Made by a program: the position numbers and the translations under genes. The notes under the pieces were generated by a model. The model had not been told where the DNA came from, searched no databases, and saw nothing but the letters and a program-made list of their open reading frames with translations. A DNA stretch of 64,000 bases, taken from Eledone cirrhosa. Its lineage: Eukaryota. The DNA lies in contig OZ024758.1 of the NCBI GenBank assembly GCA_964016885.1, positions 3,472,001 through 3,536,000 on the forward strand, given 5' to 3'. Of the stretch, positions 60,451-64,000 are shown in pieces; position 1 is the first letter of the stretch; the number at the start of each line of letters is the position of its first letter.

Positions 60451-60456
60451 ATATAC

Positions 60457-60502
<46 letters not shown>

Positions 60503-61037
60503 GCGCACTAACATATATGCAAGCGTGTTTTCATGCCTCAGTGTATGTAAGTTTGTCAGCGTGTTTGTGTGTGTCTATGCGAATATTTGTTTTGATGCGC
60601 TCATACTAGTGTTTGCTCTAAATACATTTGATGGGGGATGGCAATCGAAAGAATTGCAGGTTATACAGCAAATAACACATTGCATATTAGCTGTTCAAAA
60701 TTAATCGAAATAGGACTTGTAAGTAGGTTGTTCCTTTAATATATTAAATACGAAGGTTTGAAGTACTACCGTGTTATTATCTAGAAAGAGAGTATTGATT
60801 TGTCGTTCCCGTTTATAATATTTTACTAAACAGACTTAGACAAATACGTATACACAAACAGACATTTACAATCTCACACATAAACTCTAAGTGAGACTAT
60901 ATAATTAGACAGCTCTCTATATATGTCAATATGCATATATATATGTGGATAAGTATGTATGTATGAATGAACGTATATATGTAGGTAGATATTTAGGTAG
61001 TGATTCATGTATGAATGTAGATAGTAGTTATGCATGT

Positions 61038-61123
<86 letters not shown>

Positions 61124-61363
61124 ATGTGTATGCGTGTATGTACTATGTATATATATATTTATATATATATATATATATATATATGTGTGCGTGTGTGTAT
61201 GTATGAATGTATGTATGTTGGCAACTAGGTAGGTATGATTGTGTGGATGTTTGTATGCATATGTGTGTATATAGGTATGTATGTGTCTATGCGTGTATCT
61301 ATAAGTGGATGTATTAATGTATGTTATTAATCTATGTGTGTATCTATGCATGTATACATGTAT

Positions 61364-61918
61364 CTCCTTTGCCATTTGACAGGTTTTGTTTTTAGTCCTT
61401 CAGGATGTCCAAAGTCACCCTCCTCACCAACAAACCTTGGTGGGGTTGCCAGTTTAGTCGCCAAAGACCCGACCATGAGACAGGTTGTCAATGGCCATCC
61501 AAAATCACCGGGACAGATGACCCCTTAGCCTTTGTCAATGCAGAATTCTAGGAGAAGGAAAACTCTGATATAACACCTGCAACTCTGATGGTATCCAATG
61601 ATGTTGACTTGTTCTTCTTTTTGGTAAATATCATCTTGGTTAAGAGAGTGAGACTGGCTTTGTGCAGTGCCTTTGCTCACTATAAATGCTTCACAGCACA
61701 GGCATTGCTTTATATCTGGAAATCTCTCTGCACTTGTCATCACATGGTACCATGGGCCCAGCACTATGTGTCAATAATTGTCACAAGTGTAGTGTTTGTA
61801 CCAGAAGTTTCAAGTCGCTGGCTGGACTAAAAAGTCACACTCGTTTAGCGCATTGGTAGGGGTTCTCCTACATGGATATATAGTAGTGGCCGTACTCGAA
61901 AACGAGTTGGCAGCCACA
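61364..61918 (+). mobile_element. element E second copy, 5' part inverted
   Basis: 61364-61487 is the reverse complement of about 44502-44629; 61487-61918 is colinear with 44638-45068. Confidence 0.85.
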
Positions 61919-61934
61919 ATGTATGTATCTATAG

Positions 61935-62212
61935 AGCAAAGCTGGAATCAAAAGTCATAAAGTCATGAAGTAAGACCAGTTGTTGACTACCAAGTAGGTA
62001 TCGGAGATACTACTCATCATACCTGTCAAGCATGTGGAAAAGATTTTAGACTAGCAGGAGGGCTCAAACGACATGAAAAAAAGTACATGAAGACCAGCCA
62101 CAGCCGGCTATTGCTAGTGAATGTTTTAATCATGGTTGCCAAATATGTGGAAGACATTTTAGATCATTGACTGGGCTCAAAAGACATATTCGATCGCAGC
62201 ACTGTGAATTAT
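61935..62212 (+). pseudogene. frameshifted tandem C2H2 zinc-finger coding relic, probably an RTE-type LINE C-terminus
   Basis: SKAGIKSH..H; CQACGKDFRLAGGLKRHEK.H; CQICGRHFRSLTGLKRHIRSQH; two frameshifts; no TGEKP linkers. Confidence 0.7.
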
Positions 62213-62712
62213 TAAGGTGTGTGTGTGTGTGTGTATTTGTGTGTGTGTGTCTGTGTGGTGTGTACTAAAAGGGTAGAAGTGCTACCGCGAGCTATGGGAG
62301 TTTCGGCTTGTAACCTCCACAAGATTGTTCAAGGTGCTGGTTCTATTTAATGAAATATGAAAGAAAAAAGAAAAAAAACATTCTGATGGATATATATAGA
62401 ATGAGGTCATTGGGTCAAGCCACGAGGCATGGGCAATCCTTGTAGAAGGGACTACACTCGGTGGTCATTTAAGGTGATGGGATGTTGTTAATTTCAAGCA
62501 TGATTGATGGTGTACTTAGACGAAGAATGTCACATTTAGGCTATCCTCCCTCTGGAGATAAGGGAGAAGGAAGAAGAGGGGAGGTGTGAGGTGCACACAT
62601 GTACAGCCATGTACGTTCATAAACAGTTCAAACTATATTTACACACACCCATACACACTCACCTACCCACGCACCGGCATACCCACGCTCACATGAACGG
62701 ACACACACCACA

Positions 62713-62746
<34 letters not shown>

Positions 62747-62946
62747 TTATATATATATATATAGGGAGAGAAAGAGAGAGAGATTTGTATAGGAAAACAT
62801 GTATAATACGTTTATACATGCCAGACATAATTGTATCCTCGCTGTGGAAGATAAATATTTTTCATAACGAAACGGAACATATAATCTTTATTTTTAATGG
62901 TGAATATATCAACGAGTTACCCATATGATCTGAGCATATATGTATG

Positions 62947-62994
<48 letters not shown>

Positions 62995-63534
62995 TGATAA
63001 ATGGCGAGCTGTGATGTTGCATATATGATATATATATAATAAATGAAGAATTAGAAATAGAAGCCAAGTTATATCCATCATCAGTGGTCTACTAGCCATC
63101 ATAGCTATTTCTTCGCATTACAGACCGTAAACCTCAAGCTAGGACGATACAATAACTAAATTAAGTTATTGGGATAAAAAGAGCTGGGTGGAGAAAGCGA
63201 TACAGGTGAACGAAGACGAAAGGTGAGGCAACGTAAAGAGAGGAAAAAATGAGAAAATCAAGTCAATAATCCATTTTGAACATAAGAACTTGCGAATATT
63301 GACAAAACGGCAAAAGACACATCTTGGCCGTGCGGGTGTGAGCGAAGAAAGAATCTCGTACGGTGTGGAACGATGGAGGATGTGAGTAGCAGAGAATGAG
63401 TGAGTGGAAGTGAGAAAGAGACTAGATAGATATATATATATATATGTATATATATATACGTGGAAAAGTAAGAAATCGGAGAATAGACCGTTAAAACATG
63501 TTTATTTAAATATATATATGTATATATATATATG

Positions 63535-63598
<64 letters not shown>

Positions 63599-64000
63599 AG
63601 TAGTAGTTTGATCCAGTGCACTCAGCTGTAGAGATGAGTTACGACGTCACTGATGCAAATCTGCAGCAATTGTCATTGAGAAGGTCACAGGATATGTGAT
63701 GAAAGAACAATTACAATTACAATCATACAACAACCGGATATTAAACTAATCAATGAATGAATCAGTTACTCCAATAATGATAAACTGAAGTGAAACAACT
63801 CGTGTGTGAGTTTGTATTGGCAAGTTGAACCTCCGAATGTCTGTCTGTGTATACGTATTGTTATATATATATATATATATATATATATGAGTAGGGAATA
63901 GATATATATTTATAGATAGATAATGTGATATATATATATATAGAGAGAGAGACATAAATATATATGTATATATATATATATTTATATGTATATATAAATA

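Overview
This is AT-rich, microsatellite-saturated eukaryotic DNA with no recognisable host protein-coding exon. The repeat repertoire looks cephalopod (probably Octopus); this is an inference from the repeat families, not a database result. Almost all long ORFs in the track are (TA)n/(CA)n/(TATG)n translation artefacts. The supportable content is: about 20 copies of one tRNA-derived SINE, several with target-site duplications and in serial arrays; two further SINE families; LINE remnants (R4/Dong-like RLE, RTE, Tx1/L1-like, a C2H2-finger tail); small DNA-transposon relics; and many short islands embedded in (TA)n tracts. The most interesting signal is in those islands. Several carry minimal type-I hammerhead ribozyme folds of the kind known from Penelope-like element pseudo-LTRs (near-intact at 10128, 47139 and 50746). 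They are repeatedly associated with fold-back inverted repeats whose breakpoints fall in or next to the ribozyme core. Coordinates were counted by eye and may be off by a few bases.
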